Under the pieces are notes generated by a model. That model was not told the DNA's origin and did not search any database. It saw nothing but the letters and a program-made list of their open reading frames with translations. A stretch of DNA of 60,531 nucleotides, from assembly GCA_023269915.1 (NCBI GenBank), contig JAGDWZ010000066.1, positions 2,435 through 62,965 of the forward strand, written 5' to 3'. Both the position numbers and the translations under genes were made by a program. Positions 28,757 to 39,741 of the stretch are shown one piece after another; position 1 is the stretch's first letter, and every line of letters starts with the position of its first letter. Origin of the DNA: Hydrogenobaculum sp. (lineage in GTDB: Bacteria > Aquificota > Aquificia > Aquificales > Aquificaceae).

Positions 28757-29238
28757 ATACTGTTTACCTTGGTATAGGTAGCAACTTAGGAGATAGAATA
28801 AGCTTTTTAATAAAAGCCCTAGATAGATTAAAAGAGATATCTTATGTAGAAAAAATATCTTTTGTGTACGAGAGCATACCGTTTGGAATAGAAAATCAAC
28901 CCAAATTTTTAAACTTTGTGGCAAGAATAAAAACAAACCTGGGCGATTTTGAGCTTTTAAAAACCATAAAGCAAGTAGAAAAAGAGATAGGAAGACAAGA
29001 AAGACCAAGATGGTTTCCAAGGGAAATAGACATAGATATTCTTCTTTTCAACAACAACATAATCCTTACAAAACCGCTAGAGGTACCACATCCTTATCTT
29101 TTAGAAAGGGATTTTTTTTATTATCCTCTTTTAGAAATAGACGAAGATGCGTATCATCCTCTTAAACGAGCAAGATTAAAAGATATAAATACCAAACCAT
29201 TAAATAGGCTTACATTCTTTTGCGGGCTTTATATATAG
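28753..29238 (+). CDS. folK: 2-amino-4-hydroxy-6-hydroxymethyldihydropteridine diphosphokinase
   Basis: LGIGSNLG, FLN, RWFPREIDIDIL and VPHP motifs. Confidence 0.95.
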   Translation: MNTVYLGIGSNLGDRISFLIKALDRLKEISYVEKISFVYESIPFGIENQPKFLNFVARIKTNLGDFELLKTIKQVEKEIGRQERPRWFPREIDIDILLFNNNIILTKPLEVPHPYLLERDFFYYPLLEIDEDAYHPLKRARLKDINTKPLNRLTFFCGLYI

Positions 29239-32124
29239 CTATATCACAAACTGATTTATACCTCTTGAGTCTAAAAGCACCTCTAAATTTCCATCTTTAA
29301 ACGTATAAGCTATTCCTTTTACCTTATCTATTATTATAAGTCTAACCCATTCGTTTACTACAAGCTTTAAAGCTTCCTCCGTTTGCTGAGCAGCCTCTAA
29401 GACCTTTTCAACAGGAGCCTCTATAAAGGTTAAAAGCCGTATAGGTTCGTGATACGGCATACCATCATGATATACTGTTTGGTAAGGAAGCCCAGTTCTC
29501 AAATCTCCGTAATTTCCAGTCCAAACACCAACTTTACCCACAACGTTGTGATATACCTTAGAGCCAGCCCCTAGCCTCTCGTTATCGGTAGTGGAAAAAT
29601 AATGCTCCATGTTTATCCATTCGCCTATAATAAAAGGACCAGATAGTATTGTCTTTAGTATCTTGTTATCTTTGTCTATCTCCCAGTTGTAGGATTGCAT
29701 AAAAAATCGGTTTTTTAAAATGACATTTTGAGTGCTTGAACGCTTTCCTACATAAACCCCCATATTTCTAGAAAGGCCCCATTCTGGTCTTGTTTCAGAC
29801 CAATCTATAGCTCTTATAGGTATTCTATCTCCAGAACCAGCGTATGGCAACGTCTTTGCTCTTTCTTCTCTGGTCTTCTGAGAGGCTATTTTAAAATCCC
29901 TTTCTATTTTTTCAAAAAGAACTTTGTCTGCTTTTGGTATAACTTCGGTATCATAAAACGTTATCTCGTCAGTGGTGGTATTGTGAAGCCCTGGTATAAA
30001 TATTGTATCGCTTGGTATCGATATACCTCTTTTCAAAAGTTCTTTTCTTACATAATCTCTATTTGCTATATTTGCTAATATTCTTACGTTGGGTAGACCG
30101 CTGTTTCCCCCACAAGCTCCACAATCTAAGGCCGATTCAAAAGGATTGTTGTCAGAGGTGCTTTCATGGGCTATTAAAAGTACAAACTTTGGTATATTTT
30201 CAGTAAGTCCTATAAGCCTTAAAAAATTTTCTACAAGATTCACCTGCTCTTCTTTTGTATATCCTACGTTTGACAATCTTTGCTTTTCAAACTCAAAGCC
30301 TTCTTTGGTTATGTTGTACTTTGCTGATAAAATCTCCAAAACTTTGTTGTCTATGTTAGATGCTTTACCATTTAAAATACTTTCTAATATCTCTTTCGCC
30401 TTTTTATCGTTTATAGACTTCTTAAACTCCAAGTGGTAAGCCTCTTTTATCTTTTGTATGAAAAATTTTTCTGCGTAAAAGTTTATCTCCTCTTCTGTGA
30501 GACTATCTATAGTAAATACAGTTTTGGGTTTCTTAGCTTTTACAAAAGATAAAATCTTTAAAGTAAAATCTGGGAAAAGTGTTTTGCCAAACAAATTAAC
30601 ACCAAACAACCAACCCATCGCCTCTACCATAAAAAACGGCGTATATGGGTTGTTTTTTAAAGAATCCAAAATCTTTTTAAAAGTATGGTTTATATTGTGT
30701 TTTGTTTTATAATCGTAATGCTCGCCCTCTGGAAGCTCAAAAATAATTTTTGATGGTTTTATAAAAACAGGGCATAAGTTAAGTTCATGAGCTTTGTCAA
30801 ACTCAACATAAGCTATTGGTGTACCAAAAAATCCAGCTACTCCAAATGTGTTGTAGCTTCCAAGCCTTTCTATATGTCTTCTTATAGCTTCAGACCTTAC
30901 GTCTATACAAAACACGGCACTAGCCAATATGTCTTTTGGTATCCTATCATTTGACTGTAAGAAATCTATTGTATACTCTTTTATATAAGAATCCTCTAAA
31001 GACTTTAGCCATATGTAGCCTTCTTCCTCTTTCAACCTCTCTATCAAGTAAGCAAACTCCAATATATCTTTTTGCCTATCAAGGTGTAGCAAAAGTTCAT
31101 TGGCTATATTTTGTATACGACAAGCCTCCAAAATAACTTCTTCTACTAAGTAATCCGTTAGTATTGAATTTAGGCTCTCTTTATTTTCAAGTCTATCTAT
31201 ATACTTTGAAGGTAGCGTATTTTTTGCTTTTAAAAGCTTTAAAACAAATAGAGTTTTATTTTTAGAAAAAGCGTTGTAAAGCTCATTAAAATTTACAATA
31301 GAAGAATCTTTTATATATTTGCTCTCATAATGAAGCCTTATCGCTATATAATCTAACAAAGAAGCTGGGTGTATTTGCTGAAAATAATAATCCTTGTTGT
31401 CCTCTCTATATCTTATAAAAGCTGCCCATCCAAAATCTTTTATAAGATGTCTTAGTATATATTGTTCGATATTTTTAGGCGATATCTCATGGATTATAGT
31501 ATCAGCATACTCTTCTGCATTTAGACTTGTGTTTAATCCTTCATAGTATTTGAACGCTTCAAACATGCCCTTTTCTCTTTCTGGCATAGACATTGTAGTT
31601 TGGCCCTCATCTAAAAACCTTGCTACAAACTCTACTATTTCTTTTTCTACAATATCTGTTATATTTGTTTCAAACAAAGCGTCTAATATCTCACAAAAAA
31701 GCATGTCTTCTATAAGCTCTTCAAACAAAAGCTCTTCTTTTTTAATTATTTTTTGGTTAAAATACTCTATGAGATTTATATCTGGTTTTTGAGGAGATTT
31801 TATTTTATAGTATTTCCAGTCTTGACTAAGTTCTGTTATAAATTTCTTAGCCTCTGGAAAGTATTTTTCCAAACTAATACTTTTAAGAAACTCAAACAAA
31901 TTTTTCTCTAAAACATCTTTTTTAACAGCACCTTCTTTATATAGCTCTATATAATAAGAGGGCTCCATATATACCTTTGCCTTGTAAAGTTTAGAAGCTT
32001 TTTTAAGAGCTTCTTTGAAGGGCATATCCTCAAACCCATGAAAAGGGTTATGATGCACAAACGTAGTCATCGGCCAATAGTGAGGTATGTATTTTTTAAC
32101 GTTATTAAGATAATTTTGAATCAT
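29239..32124 (-). CDS. dabA: Inorganic carbon transporter subunit DabA (DUF2309)
   Basis: WPMTTFVHHNP, FCIDVRSE, GVAGFFG, SALDCGACGG, HNTT, DWSETRPEWGL and HEPIRL motifs. Confidence 0.92.
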   Translation of the reverse strand: MIQNYLNNVKKYIPHYWPMTTFVHHNPFHGFEDMPFKEALKKASKLYKAKVYMEPSYYIELYKEGAVKKDVLEKNLFEFLKSISLEKYFPEAKKFITELSQDWKYYKIKSPQKPDINLIEYFNQKIIKKEELLFEELIEDMLFCEILDALFETNITDIVEKEIVEFVARFLDEGQTTMSMPEREKGMFEAFKYYEGLNTSLNAEEYADTIIHEISPKNIEQYILRHLIKDFGWAAFIRYREDNKDYYFQQIHPASLLDYIAIRLHYESKYIKDSSIVNFNELYNAFSKNKTLFVLKLLKAKNTLPSKYIDRLENKESLNSILTDYLVEEVILEACRIQNIANELLLHLDRQKDILEFAYLIERLKEEEGYIWLKSLEDSYIKEYTIDFLQSNDRIPKDILASAVFCIDVRSEAIRRHIERLGSYNTFGVAGFFGTPIAYVEFDKAHELNLCPVFIKPSKIIFELPEGEHYDYKTKHNINHTFKKILDSLKNNPYTPFFMVEAMGWLFGVNLFGKTLFPDFTLKILSFVKAKKPKTVFTIDSLTEEEINFYAEKFFIQKIKEAYHLEFKKSINDKKAKEILESILNGKASNIDNKVLEILSAKYNITKEGFEFEKQRLSNVGYTKEEQVNLVENFLRLIGLTENIPKFVLLIAHESTSDNNPFESALDCGACGGNSGLPNVRILANIANRDYVRKELLKRGISIPSDTIFIPGLHNTTTDEITFYDTEVIPKADKVLFEKIERDFKIASQKTREERAKTLPYAGSGDRIPIRAIDWSETRPEWGLSRNMGVYVGKRSSTQNVILKNRFFMQSYNWEIDKDNKILKTILSGPFIIGEWINMEHYFSTTDNERLGAGSKVYHNVVGKVGVWTGNYGDLRTGLPYQTVYHDGMPYHEPIRLLTFIEAPVEKVLEAAQQTEEALKLVVNEWVRLIIIDKVKGIAYTFKDGNLEVLLDSRGINQFVI

Positions 32125-32849
32125 ATCAAAGCCTCCAAAAAGCTAGAAAGACCAAGCAGCGTAAGCATCAAAAGCACAATTGTCATAGCCAACGCAGATT
32201 TTCCAGATATGTCTTTATATATAACATTTTCATTTGGTGCTCCAAATATAGTATTTTTCATTATCCTAAAAGCCATAAAAAAGTTTGCAAAAAATATCCA
32301 GCCTATTACTAAATATCCTATTTTATTTAAATCTCCCTTCAATATTCCAAGAAGCAAAGAAAATGAGTTGGAAAAAGGAGGATATAGGCCTAAAGCCATC
32401 AAGGTAAGCCTTATCATAAGGGCCAACTTGGGCGATGTTAAAGCAAGACCTTTTACACTGTAAAAATTTGCACTTTCAAATATCTCTATATACTTTAAAG
32501 CTATAACATAAAGAAGTGCCGATGCTATAACTACAGAACTATAATAAACGCTGAACACCTTGTAGGGTAAAATAAAAACAGATACCGTATTTAAAAATAA
32601 AAAATGATAGCTTAGTTTCATTAAGTTTGTAGTTTTGTAAGATAGATAAAACGTAAGCACAGATGTAGCGAAAGCCATAAGTAAAAATATATCATAATAC
32701 ATATTTTTAGATATAGATGGGCTTATGGAATACATCAAAAACCCAATAATAGATATTAAGAATATCATAAGAGTATTCTTTGGTTTTGGGCTTTTTAAAA
32801 AAAGATAGTAAGGGATCGCACCCATTAAAACTATAGCAAAGTATACCAT
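32121..32849 (-). CDS. Short proton-antiporter-like membrane subunit (DabB-like)
   Basis: Hydrophobic 242 aa with GLALTSP...ALGLYPPF, similar to the NuoL/M/N C-terminal repeat; SD AGGAGG; coupled to dabA. Confidence 0.6.
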   Translation of the reverse strand: MVYFAIVLMGAIPYYLFLKSPKPKNTLMIFLISIIGFLMYSISPSISKNMYYDIFLLMAFATSVLTFYLSYKTTNLMKLSYHFLFLNTVSVFILPYKVFSVYYSSVVIASALLYVIALKYIEIFESANFYSVKGLALTSPKLALMIRLTLMALGLYPPFSNSFSLLLGILKGDLNKIGYLVIGWIFFANFFMAFRIMKNTIFGAPNENVIYKDISGKSALAMTIVLLMLTLLGLSSFLEALI

Positions 32850-32921
32850 AAAAAACCTCCTAGAAAATATATATGATAGCTTTACCTTTGCAAGTGCTAA
32901 ATACATATTATAATAAATTAT

Positions 32922-33890
32922 ATGGAAAGAAGACCGAGAAGATTAAGGAAAAACGAGATTATAAGAACGCTTGTAAGAGAAACAAATGTAAATATATCAG
33001 ACCTTATCTACCCTCTTTTCATAACCCACGGCGAAAACCTAAGAGAGCCTATAAGTTCTATGCCAGGGATTTATAGATTTTCTATAGATAAAGCGATAGA
33101 TGAGATAAAAGAGTGTCTTGACCTTGGCATAAAAGCTTTTATACTATTTGGTATACCAGAGCATAAGGACGAAGAAGGTTCTGATACTTGGTGCGATAGT
33201 GGGATAATACAGCGTTCGTTGGACAGTATAAAATCCAAATTTCCAGATGTATATCTCATAACCGACGTATGTTTTTGTGAATACACATCGCATGGACATT
33301 GTGGTGTTGTGGTAAACAACGACGTGGACAATGATTTAACCTTAGAAAATCTAAAAAAACAAGTAGTATCCCATGCAAAACACGGCGCTGACATGGTAGC
33401 ACCTTCTGGAATGATGGACAATATGGTCAAAGCCATAAGAGAGGCGCTTGATGAATCTGGATTTGTAAATATACCTATCATGGCTTATTCCGCTAAATAT
33501 GCTTCAAAGTTTTACGGACCTTTTAGAGATGCCGCAGATTCAACTCCTTCTTTTGGAGATAGAAGAACATACCAAATGGACCCTGCCAACAAAAAAGAAG
33601 CTATCGTTGAAATGGATATAGACTTTGAACAAGGAGCAGATATCATAATGGTAAAACCTGCTCTTGCTTATCTTGACATAATACACATGGCAAAAGAACG
33701 TTACAATATACCAATAGCCGCTTACAACGTAAGTGGGGAGTACTCCATGATAAAAGCCGCCCATAAACTTGGATATATAAACGGTGTTGATGTTATGAAC
33801 GAAGTGCTTTTATCTATAAAAAGGGCTGGAGCCGATATTATCATCACATACTTTGCCAAAGAGTTTGTGCTGCAAAAATTCTTAGATTAA
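32922..33890 (+). CDS. hemB: Porphobilinogen synthase
   Basis: [32 protein letters not shown] and YNVSGEY motifs. Confidence 0.97.
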   Translation: MERRPRRLRKNEIIRTLVRETNVNISDLIYPLFITHGENLREPISSMPGIYRFSIDKAIDEIKECLDLGIKAFILFGIPEHKDEEGSDTWCDSGIIQRSLDSIKSKFPDVYLITDVCFCEYTSHGHCGVVVNNDVDNDLTLENLKKQVVSHAKHGADMVAPSGMMDNMVKAIREALDESGFVNIPIMAYSAKYASKFYGPFRDAADSTPSFGDRRTYQMDPANKKEAIVEMDIDFEQGADIIMVKPALAYLDIIHMAKERYNIPIAAYNVSGEYSMIKAAHKLGYINGVDVMNEVLLSIKRAGADIIITYFAKEFVLQKFLD

Positions 33891-34095
33891 GCAAGTTTCA
33901 ATGCTTTTAACACAAAAAACCAAATAGCAATAACCTTCTAATATTCCTATAATTTTATAACTGCTATTTTTGATAGGATCAAATACAAAACGCCTATAAT
34001 CAGGGATTTTTTGCAAGTGCAACAAAATTGCATTAGCAAAGAGTATCAGAAAACTTACAAATTATGACAAATTTATGTATTTGTAATCTTAATTT

Positions 34096-37000
34096 TTAAA
34101 GCTTTTTAGAGAATCTAAATTTTAGATAAAATCCTCTCAAAGTAGTATAAAATATCGGTAACACAAGAAGAGATAGGAAAATACCTATAAACAATCCGCC
34201 CATCACAGAGATAGCCATGTTTTGAATAACCTCTGTACCTCTTCCTATGGCAAGGGCTATCGGTAAAAATCCCAGCACATCAGCCACCATGGTCATCAGA
34301 ATGGGCCTAAAACGTTTTTTGCAAGCATTAAGCATAGCTTCTTTGTGTGAGATGTTTTCTTCAAGCTCTTTGTTGTAGTAATCAAATATAAGTATACCGT
34401 TGTTTACTACGACACTCAAGACTAAAAGCATGCCCATGAAAGATGTAACATCTAAAGGTTTACCCGTTATCATTAGGGCTAAGAACACTCCGACCACAGA
34501 CAAAGACAAAACAAATATTACAGATATGGCTTGCAAAAAGGAACCAAACTGAAATATCAAAAGCGCTAAAACAATAAGAACAGAAAAACAAATAACCACA
34601 AACATTTCTTTGAAAGACTGCTGCTGTTCCTTGTAAAAACCTTCTATAGTATAATAATATCCTTGCGGCATCACAATTTTATCTAAAACTTTTCTTAAAA
34701 CCCTTATACCAAGCGATAAATCTTGATGATGCATCTTTACCCTAACCACAGATACATTTTGAAGGTTTCTCCTTGTTATACCAGGAACATTTTCTTCAAA
34801 CTTTACATGAGCTACTAAAGAAAGAGGCACGTACATATGTTTTTTTGGAGAATATATGTTTATATCTTTTATAGTTTCATTGTTTGGGTCGAAAGGCTCA
34901 TAGGCTCTTATAAATATTCTTTCTTGCCCCTTTAAATAATTAGTAATAGTAATACCCCAAAGATGAAGTTTTAAAGTATTAATCACGTCATCGTAAGTTA
35001 TGCCATAATCTGAGTATGCATTTTTTCTCAAGGATATATAGTAATAAGGTCCATAGAATAGTGTTTTTAAATTCACCTCTTTGAAGATAGGCTCTTTTGC
35101 AATTTTATTTCTTATCTCTTCTCCAAGTTTAACAAGGGTCTCTGGGTCAGAACCATGTATTACCACAGAAAAAGGAGCGTGTTGACCAGTAATATCCCCA
35201 AGCCTATCCCGAAGGACTTGAGCCATATCAAATTCCTTTAAAACGTGTACTTTTGCATCAACCCTTTGCCTTATCTCCCTCATAACGGCAAATATAGACT
35301 TTGACCTATTGTCTTTTAATGTTATAAGCATATCACCTTTGTTGGTAGGGTTTCTTGGTTGTCCCAACGATGCTCCTATTCTCACTGAATAGTGTTTAAC
35401 TTCCGGAATAGAAGCTACTATCTTCTCTATATGTTTTACTATCTGGTAGGTATTTTGAGCAGATGCACCAGAAGGTCCTGTAAAATCTAACACAAACATA
35501 CCTTCATCCCATTCTGGCAAAAAACCGGTCTTCATAGTTTTATAAAGGCCCAACGATGTCAAAAATAGCAAAACCACCATCAAAATGCTAATGTTTTTTC
35601 TTTTATAAAAAGCACTAAATACCGATTGATAAAGGTGGGTCAGTTTTAAAAGCCAGCTTGGTTCTGGTTTTACAACCTTTGGTATAGCCATGTAAGCTAT
35701 CGAAGGGGTTATTGTCATAGAAACAAATTGTGATATTAAAAGCGCCAAAATAACCGCTAGAGCCAGCTCTTTGAAAAATGTACCTATTATACCAGACAAG
35801 AAAAAAAGTGGAGCAAAAACACTTATAGAAGTAAGAGTAGCTAAACTCATTGGCTTTAATATCTCAGAAGAAGCATCTATTACAGATTCTAGCTTAGGCC
35901 TTGGTTTATTGATATTTTTTTCTATGTTTTCCATAACCACTATAGCATGGTCTACCAAAGCTCCTATAGAGGCTGCCAATCCTCCAAGACTCATGAGGTT
36001 TAAGCTTCCGTGTAATATATACATAAAAAGTATTGCACATAAAATACTCACCGGTATAACTACTGCTGTAAGAAGAGACAGCCTTACATTGTTTAAAAAA
36101 AGTGCTATCACTACAAGAGTGATTAAAGAGCCTATTACAATTGCATCTATTACGCTTCTTATAGAAGAGCTTATAAAATCTGTAACATCAAACCACTTTA
36201 CAATATGAGCATGCGGCGGAAGTTTTAAACCTTTTAAAACTTTGTCTACTTTATCAACAATTTTTATAGCATTTGCATCGTTGGTTCTATGTATATTAAA
36301 TATGACCGTAGAAGGATATCCATCAACATTGACGTAAGAAAGCATAGGATAATGCCCTTTTACCACAGAAGCAATATCTCCTAAGGTTATAGTCTGATTG
36401 TTGTAATAAATGGGTATATTTAATATATCTTGCTCATCCTTTGGTGTTTGAATACCAAAAACTAATATAGAAAAGTTTTTCTGGTCGTATTCTCCTATAA
36501 AATGATTTTGTGTATAGCTTTTAATATCGTTTAATATAACACTTATAGGTATGTTTAGTTTTTGAATGATAGAAGGGTTTAACACCACATCCATCGTGCT
36601 ATAAGTACCACCAACCATATCCACTTCATAAACACCCCTTATAGATAAGAGCGCCGGTTTTATAGTATATCTTACTATATTGCTAAGCTCGTCTACCGGA
36701 AGCTCCCTTGATACCAAAGCATATCCAGCTATAGAGTATGCGCTTGGGCCCATAAGCCTTACATCGAAGCCTGCTTTTACACCCATATCCATCTGTAGCT
36801 CTGATATCTTTGACATTATCATCTGGTAAGCTCTATAAGGGTTTGTGCTTGGACTAAAATATACGTTTAGCATCACAAGACCAGGACCTGTTCTGGACCT
36901 CACGTCTGTTACACCCTCCACCGACTTTATACCTTGTTCCATAGGAATAGTGATATCCGATAGAGTCTTTTGAATAGGTTCATAATTGGCGTTTACCGTG

Positions 37001-37143
37001 ATAACAACCCTAGGGTATACAACGTTTGGGAATATATCTTCAGGCAGTTTAAAAGAAAGCATATACCCAAGTAAAGACAAAACACCAAATATTATAAAAA
37101 AGGCATATCTATTCTTAATGGCAAAGCTTACAAAAGACCTCAT
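34096..37143 (-). CDS. RND efflux permease (AcrB/CzcA family)
   Basis: 1015 aa; LNLMSLGGL, GALVDHAIVVMEN, VNNGIL and RFRPILMT motifs. Confidence 0.93.
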   Translation of the reverse strand: MRSFVSFAIKNRYAFFIIFGVLSLLGYMLSFKLPEDIFPNVVYPRVVITVNANYEPIQKTLSDITIPMEQGIKSVEGVTDVRSRTGPGLVMLNVYFSPSTNPYRAYQMIMSKISELQMDMGVKAGFDVRLMGPSAYSIAGYALVSRELPVDELSNIVRYTIKPALLSIRGVYEVDMVGGTYSTMDVVLNPSIIQKLNIPISVILNDIKSYTQNHFIGEYDQKNFSILVFGIQTPKDEQDILNIPIYYNNQTITLGDIASVVKGHYPMLSYVNVDGYPSTVIFNIHRTNDANAIKIVDKVDKVLKGLKLPPHAHIVKWFDVTDFISSSIRSVIDAIVIGSLITLVVIALFLNNVRLSLLTAVVIPVSILCAILFMYILHGSLNLMSLGGLAASIGALVDHAIVVMENIEKNINKPRPKLESVIDASSEILKPMSLATLTSISVFAPLFFLSGIIGTFFKELALAVILALLISQFVSMTITPSIAYMAIPKVVKPEPSWLLKLTHLYQSVFSAFYKRKNISILMVVLLFLTSLGLYKTMKTGFLPEWDEGMFVLDFTGPSGASAQNTYQIVKHIEKIVASIPEVKHYSVRIGASLGQPRNPTNKGDMLITLKDNRSKSIFAVMREIRQRVDAKVHVLKEFDMAQVLRDRLGDITGQHAPFSVVIHGSDPETLVKLGEEIRNKIAKEPIFKEVNLKTLFYGPYYYISLRKNAYSDYGITYDDVINTLKLHLWGITITNYLKGQERIFIRAYEPFDPNNETIKDINIYSPKKHMYVPLSLVAHVKFEENVPGITRRNLQNVSVVRVKMHHQDLSLGIRVLRKVLDKIVMPQGYYYTIEGFYKEQQQSFKEMFVVICFSVLIVLALLIFQFGSFLQAISVIFVLSLSVVGVFLALMITGKPLDVTSFMGMLLVLSVVVNNGILIFDYYNKELEENISHKEAMLNACKKRFRPILMTMVADVLGFLPIALAIGRGTEVIQNMAISVMGGLFIGIFLSLLVLPIFYTTLRGFYLKFRFSKKL

Positions 37144-38144
37144 TTAATCTTTTCACCGTCTTCTAGAAGTTTTGCCCCTTTGCATACAACATAATCACCA
37201 ACCACCCCAGACACTACATAATAATCACCGACATTACCCAAAACCTTAACGGGTATATTTTTAACTATATTGCCACTTTTTATAAAAACGCTTGGCCTGT
37301 TGTTGTAAAGCACCAAGGCTTTTGATGGTATTTTTTGTCCTTTGATTGTTTTTACAATAAAAGCCTTTAAACTGTTTCCGGGATTTTCGTAAAAAGATAT
37401 TGGAAGTATTACGGCAAGTCTTGACTTATCATCTTGAAAAACATTTATAGGATATAGCTTATTTTCAAACAAAATTTTATCATTTTTAGAGATTTTTACA
37501 TTAAAAGGTATAAAAAACTCTCCATAAAGTTTTTTTGCACTTATAAAAGCTATAGGAGCACCAGGGTTTATGTTGCTACCACTTGGTACTACATTTGATA
37601 CAACACCATCAAAGGGGGCTCTTACAATACCATAAGAAGCCTCATCTTTTACAGACTTCTCTAAATATATATTTTTATTGAGCTCTCCTTGTGCAAGCGC
37701 TAAATCTGTTTTAATTTGAGAATACTCTTGATACGACATAGAGCCTAACTTGTAAAGCTTTTTTGCTCTCTCATAACGAGATTCGTAGTATTTTAGTTTT
37801 TTCTGAAGAGATTCTATATCTTGGGATATAGCCATAGCTTTATCTTGATATACTTTAGTGTCTATAGTAGCTATCACTTGACCTTTTTTTACAAATTCAC
37901 CGTTTTTTACATAAATGGCTTTCAAAATTCCCCCTATTGGAGAGCTTACATAAGTAGCTGCCTGATTTTGTACTTCTCCGTATATAGGTGTCTTTATTTG
38001 ATAAGAGCCATACTCTACTTTACAAAATGAAATATTTGGAGATTTTATACCTTTTAAAGATTCTTTTTCTTTAGTATTGGGCTTTTCACAAGAAAACAAT
38101 ACCCCAGAAAAAAATAAAATCATAAAAACAATATAAAATTTCAT
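37140..38144 (-). CDS. RND periplasmic adaptor (membrane fusion lipoprotein)
   Basis: Lipobox LFSC; VKNGEFVKKGQ and VRAPFDGVV motifs. Confidence 0.9.
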   Translation of the reverse strand: MKFYIVFMILFFSGVLFSCEKPNTKEKESLKGIKSPNISFCKVEYGSYQIKTPIYGEVQNQAATYVSSPIGGILKAIYVKNGEFVKKGQVIATIDTKVYQDKAMAISQDIESLQKKLKYYESRYERAKKLYKLGSMSYQEYSQIKTDLALAQGELNKNIYLEKSVKDEASYGIVRAPFDGVVSNVVPSGSNINPGAPIAFISAKKLYGEFFIPFNVKISKNDKILFENKLYPINVFQDDKSRLAVILPISFYENPGNSLKAFIVKTIKGQKIPSKALVLYNNRPSVFIKSGNIVKNIPVKVLGNVGDYYVVSGVVGDYVVCKGAKLLEDGEKIK

Positions 38145-38193
38145 ACAAATATGCTACCAAAAACCTATGATATATTAGTGAAAAACTAAGAAG

Positions 38194-39741
38194 CTAAGAA
38201 GAAAGCTGCTCTATAAGCTTTATAGCACCTTTTTTGGTGTCTTCGTTGACAATACCCATTAATCTTGAAAGCTCCTCTATTTTTTCATCTTTTGTCAACG
38301 ACTTTATAAATACGTTGTCGGATTCTTTTTTTACAAAGATATGGTTGGATGAAGCGGCTGCCAGAGCTGGAGTATGGCTTATACATATAATCTGAGCATT
38401 TTTTGAAATGTTTTTTAAAAGCTTAGCTATTGATATAGAAGCTTCTCCGCTCGTCCCAGCATCTATTTCATCGTATATATAAGTTTCGTAATCTCCAAGC
38501 ACCGAGGATATAGCCAACACTATCCTCGACGTTTCTCCCCAAGAAGCTACTTCGCTAAGTTCTTTCAAGTGTTCTTTTGAATAAGAAGAAAACATAAAGC
38601 TTATATCATCTATACCGCTTTTCGATAATTCCTTTTGTTTTATATCTATGTCAAAATGGGCTTCTTTCAAATTTAAAAGCTTTAAAACATTATTTATTGC
38701 TATACTTATCTCTTTTGCTTTTGATTTCCTTAAATTAGAAAGCTCCGATGCTTTTTCTAACGTTTCTTTTCTAAGATATTCTATCTCTTTAAAAAGATGC
38801 TCTATGTTGTCTTTTAAAACTTTTAACTTATCTAGATTTTCTTTATAGGCTTTTCTCATATCAAACATATTTTCAAAAGACATTCTATATTTTCTTTCTA
38901 AAGATTGCACATTAAATATAGTTTCATTTAGCTTATCTATTAAATCTATATCTATATTTAACTTATGAGAAGTAATAAAAGATACAATATCAAGAAGTTG
39001 CTCCTTTAAAGCGTTTAACTTTTCAATAGCTTTTGACAAATCTTCCTTGTAATAAGAAGCTTGGTTTATCTGGGATATAGAATAGTTTATCTTTGACATG
39101 GCGCTTTGGTCACTATATTCTAATGCGCCTAAAGCACTTTGTAAAAACATGTTTATTTTTTCAGCATATTTTAGTTCTTCAGCTTTTTGTTTGATGTTGT
39201 GGTAGGTCTCTTTGTCTATACCAAGCTCTTCTAAAGCGCTTATGAGTTCTTGGTTTTTTTCGATATCTTTTTCCAAAGATTCCTTTTGTAAAAGAAGTTC
39301 CTTTAAGAGATCTTCTTTTTGTTTTAGCATGTCAAAATATTCTAAAAACTCCTTTTTCTTGTTTTGGATATCCCTATCTTTATCAAGTATCTCAAGCTGA
39401 TGATACTTCTTGAAAATTTTCGATTGGGAAGACTGAGCTTGAAAAAGTATATTCTGACCAAAAGCTTCTAAAACGGTCTTTTGGTTTGAGGCGATACCGT
39501 TTATGTAAAACCTGGATTTACCAAGCTTTGTTTCTCTTCTTACTATATCGTCGTTTATTTCAAGCTCTACACAAGCGTTATCAGAAGATGACGGCAAAAG
39601 CCCTATACCAAACTTTATGGCATCCATAAGCATAGATTTACCAGCTCCAGACTCGCCAGTAATGACGTTTAGACCTTCTGAAAACTCCACGTATTGGGAT
39701 TTTAACAAAAGATAAGATTCTATTTTAATACTTTTAATCAT
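38194..39741 (-). CDS. recN: DNA repair protein RecN
   Basis: ITGESGAGKS, coiled coil, ASWGE, DEID, ISH and ELSRLMG motifs. Confidence 0.9.
   Translation of the reverse strand: MIKSIKIESYLLLKSQYVEFSEGLNVITGESGAGKSMLMDAIKFGIGLLPSSSDNACVELEINDDIVRRETKLGKSRFYINGIASNQKTVLEAFGQNILFQAQSSQSKIFKKYHQLEILDKDRDIQNKKKEFLEYFDMLKQKEDLLKELLLQKESLEKDIEKNQELISALEELGIDKETYHNIKQKAEELKYAEKINMFLQSALGALEYSDQSAMSKINYSISQINQASYYKEDLSKAIEKLNALKEQLLDIVSFITSHKLNIDIDLIDKLNETIFNVQSLERKYRMSFENMFDMRKAYKENLDKLKVLKDNIEHLFKEIEYLRKETLEKASELSNLRKSKAKEISIAINNVLKLLNLKEAHFDIDIKQKELSKSGIDDISFMFSSYSKEHLKELSEVASWGETSRIVLAISSVLGDYETYIYDEIDAGTSGEASISIAKLLKNISKNAQIICISHTPALAAASSNHIFVKKESDNVFIKSLTKDEKIEELSRLMGIVNEDTKKGAIKLIEQLSS

Noticed and set aside
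33970-33982. FNR box TTGAT-AGG-ATCAA (also TTGAT-ACT-ATCAA at 22390)
   Set aside because: The spacer is 3 nt; canonical FNR sites need 4.
34010-34040. Intrinsic terminator
   Set aside because: The hairpin is not followed by a U-tract on either strand.
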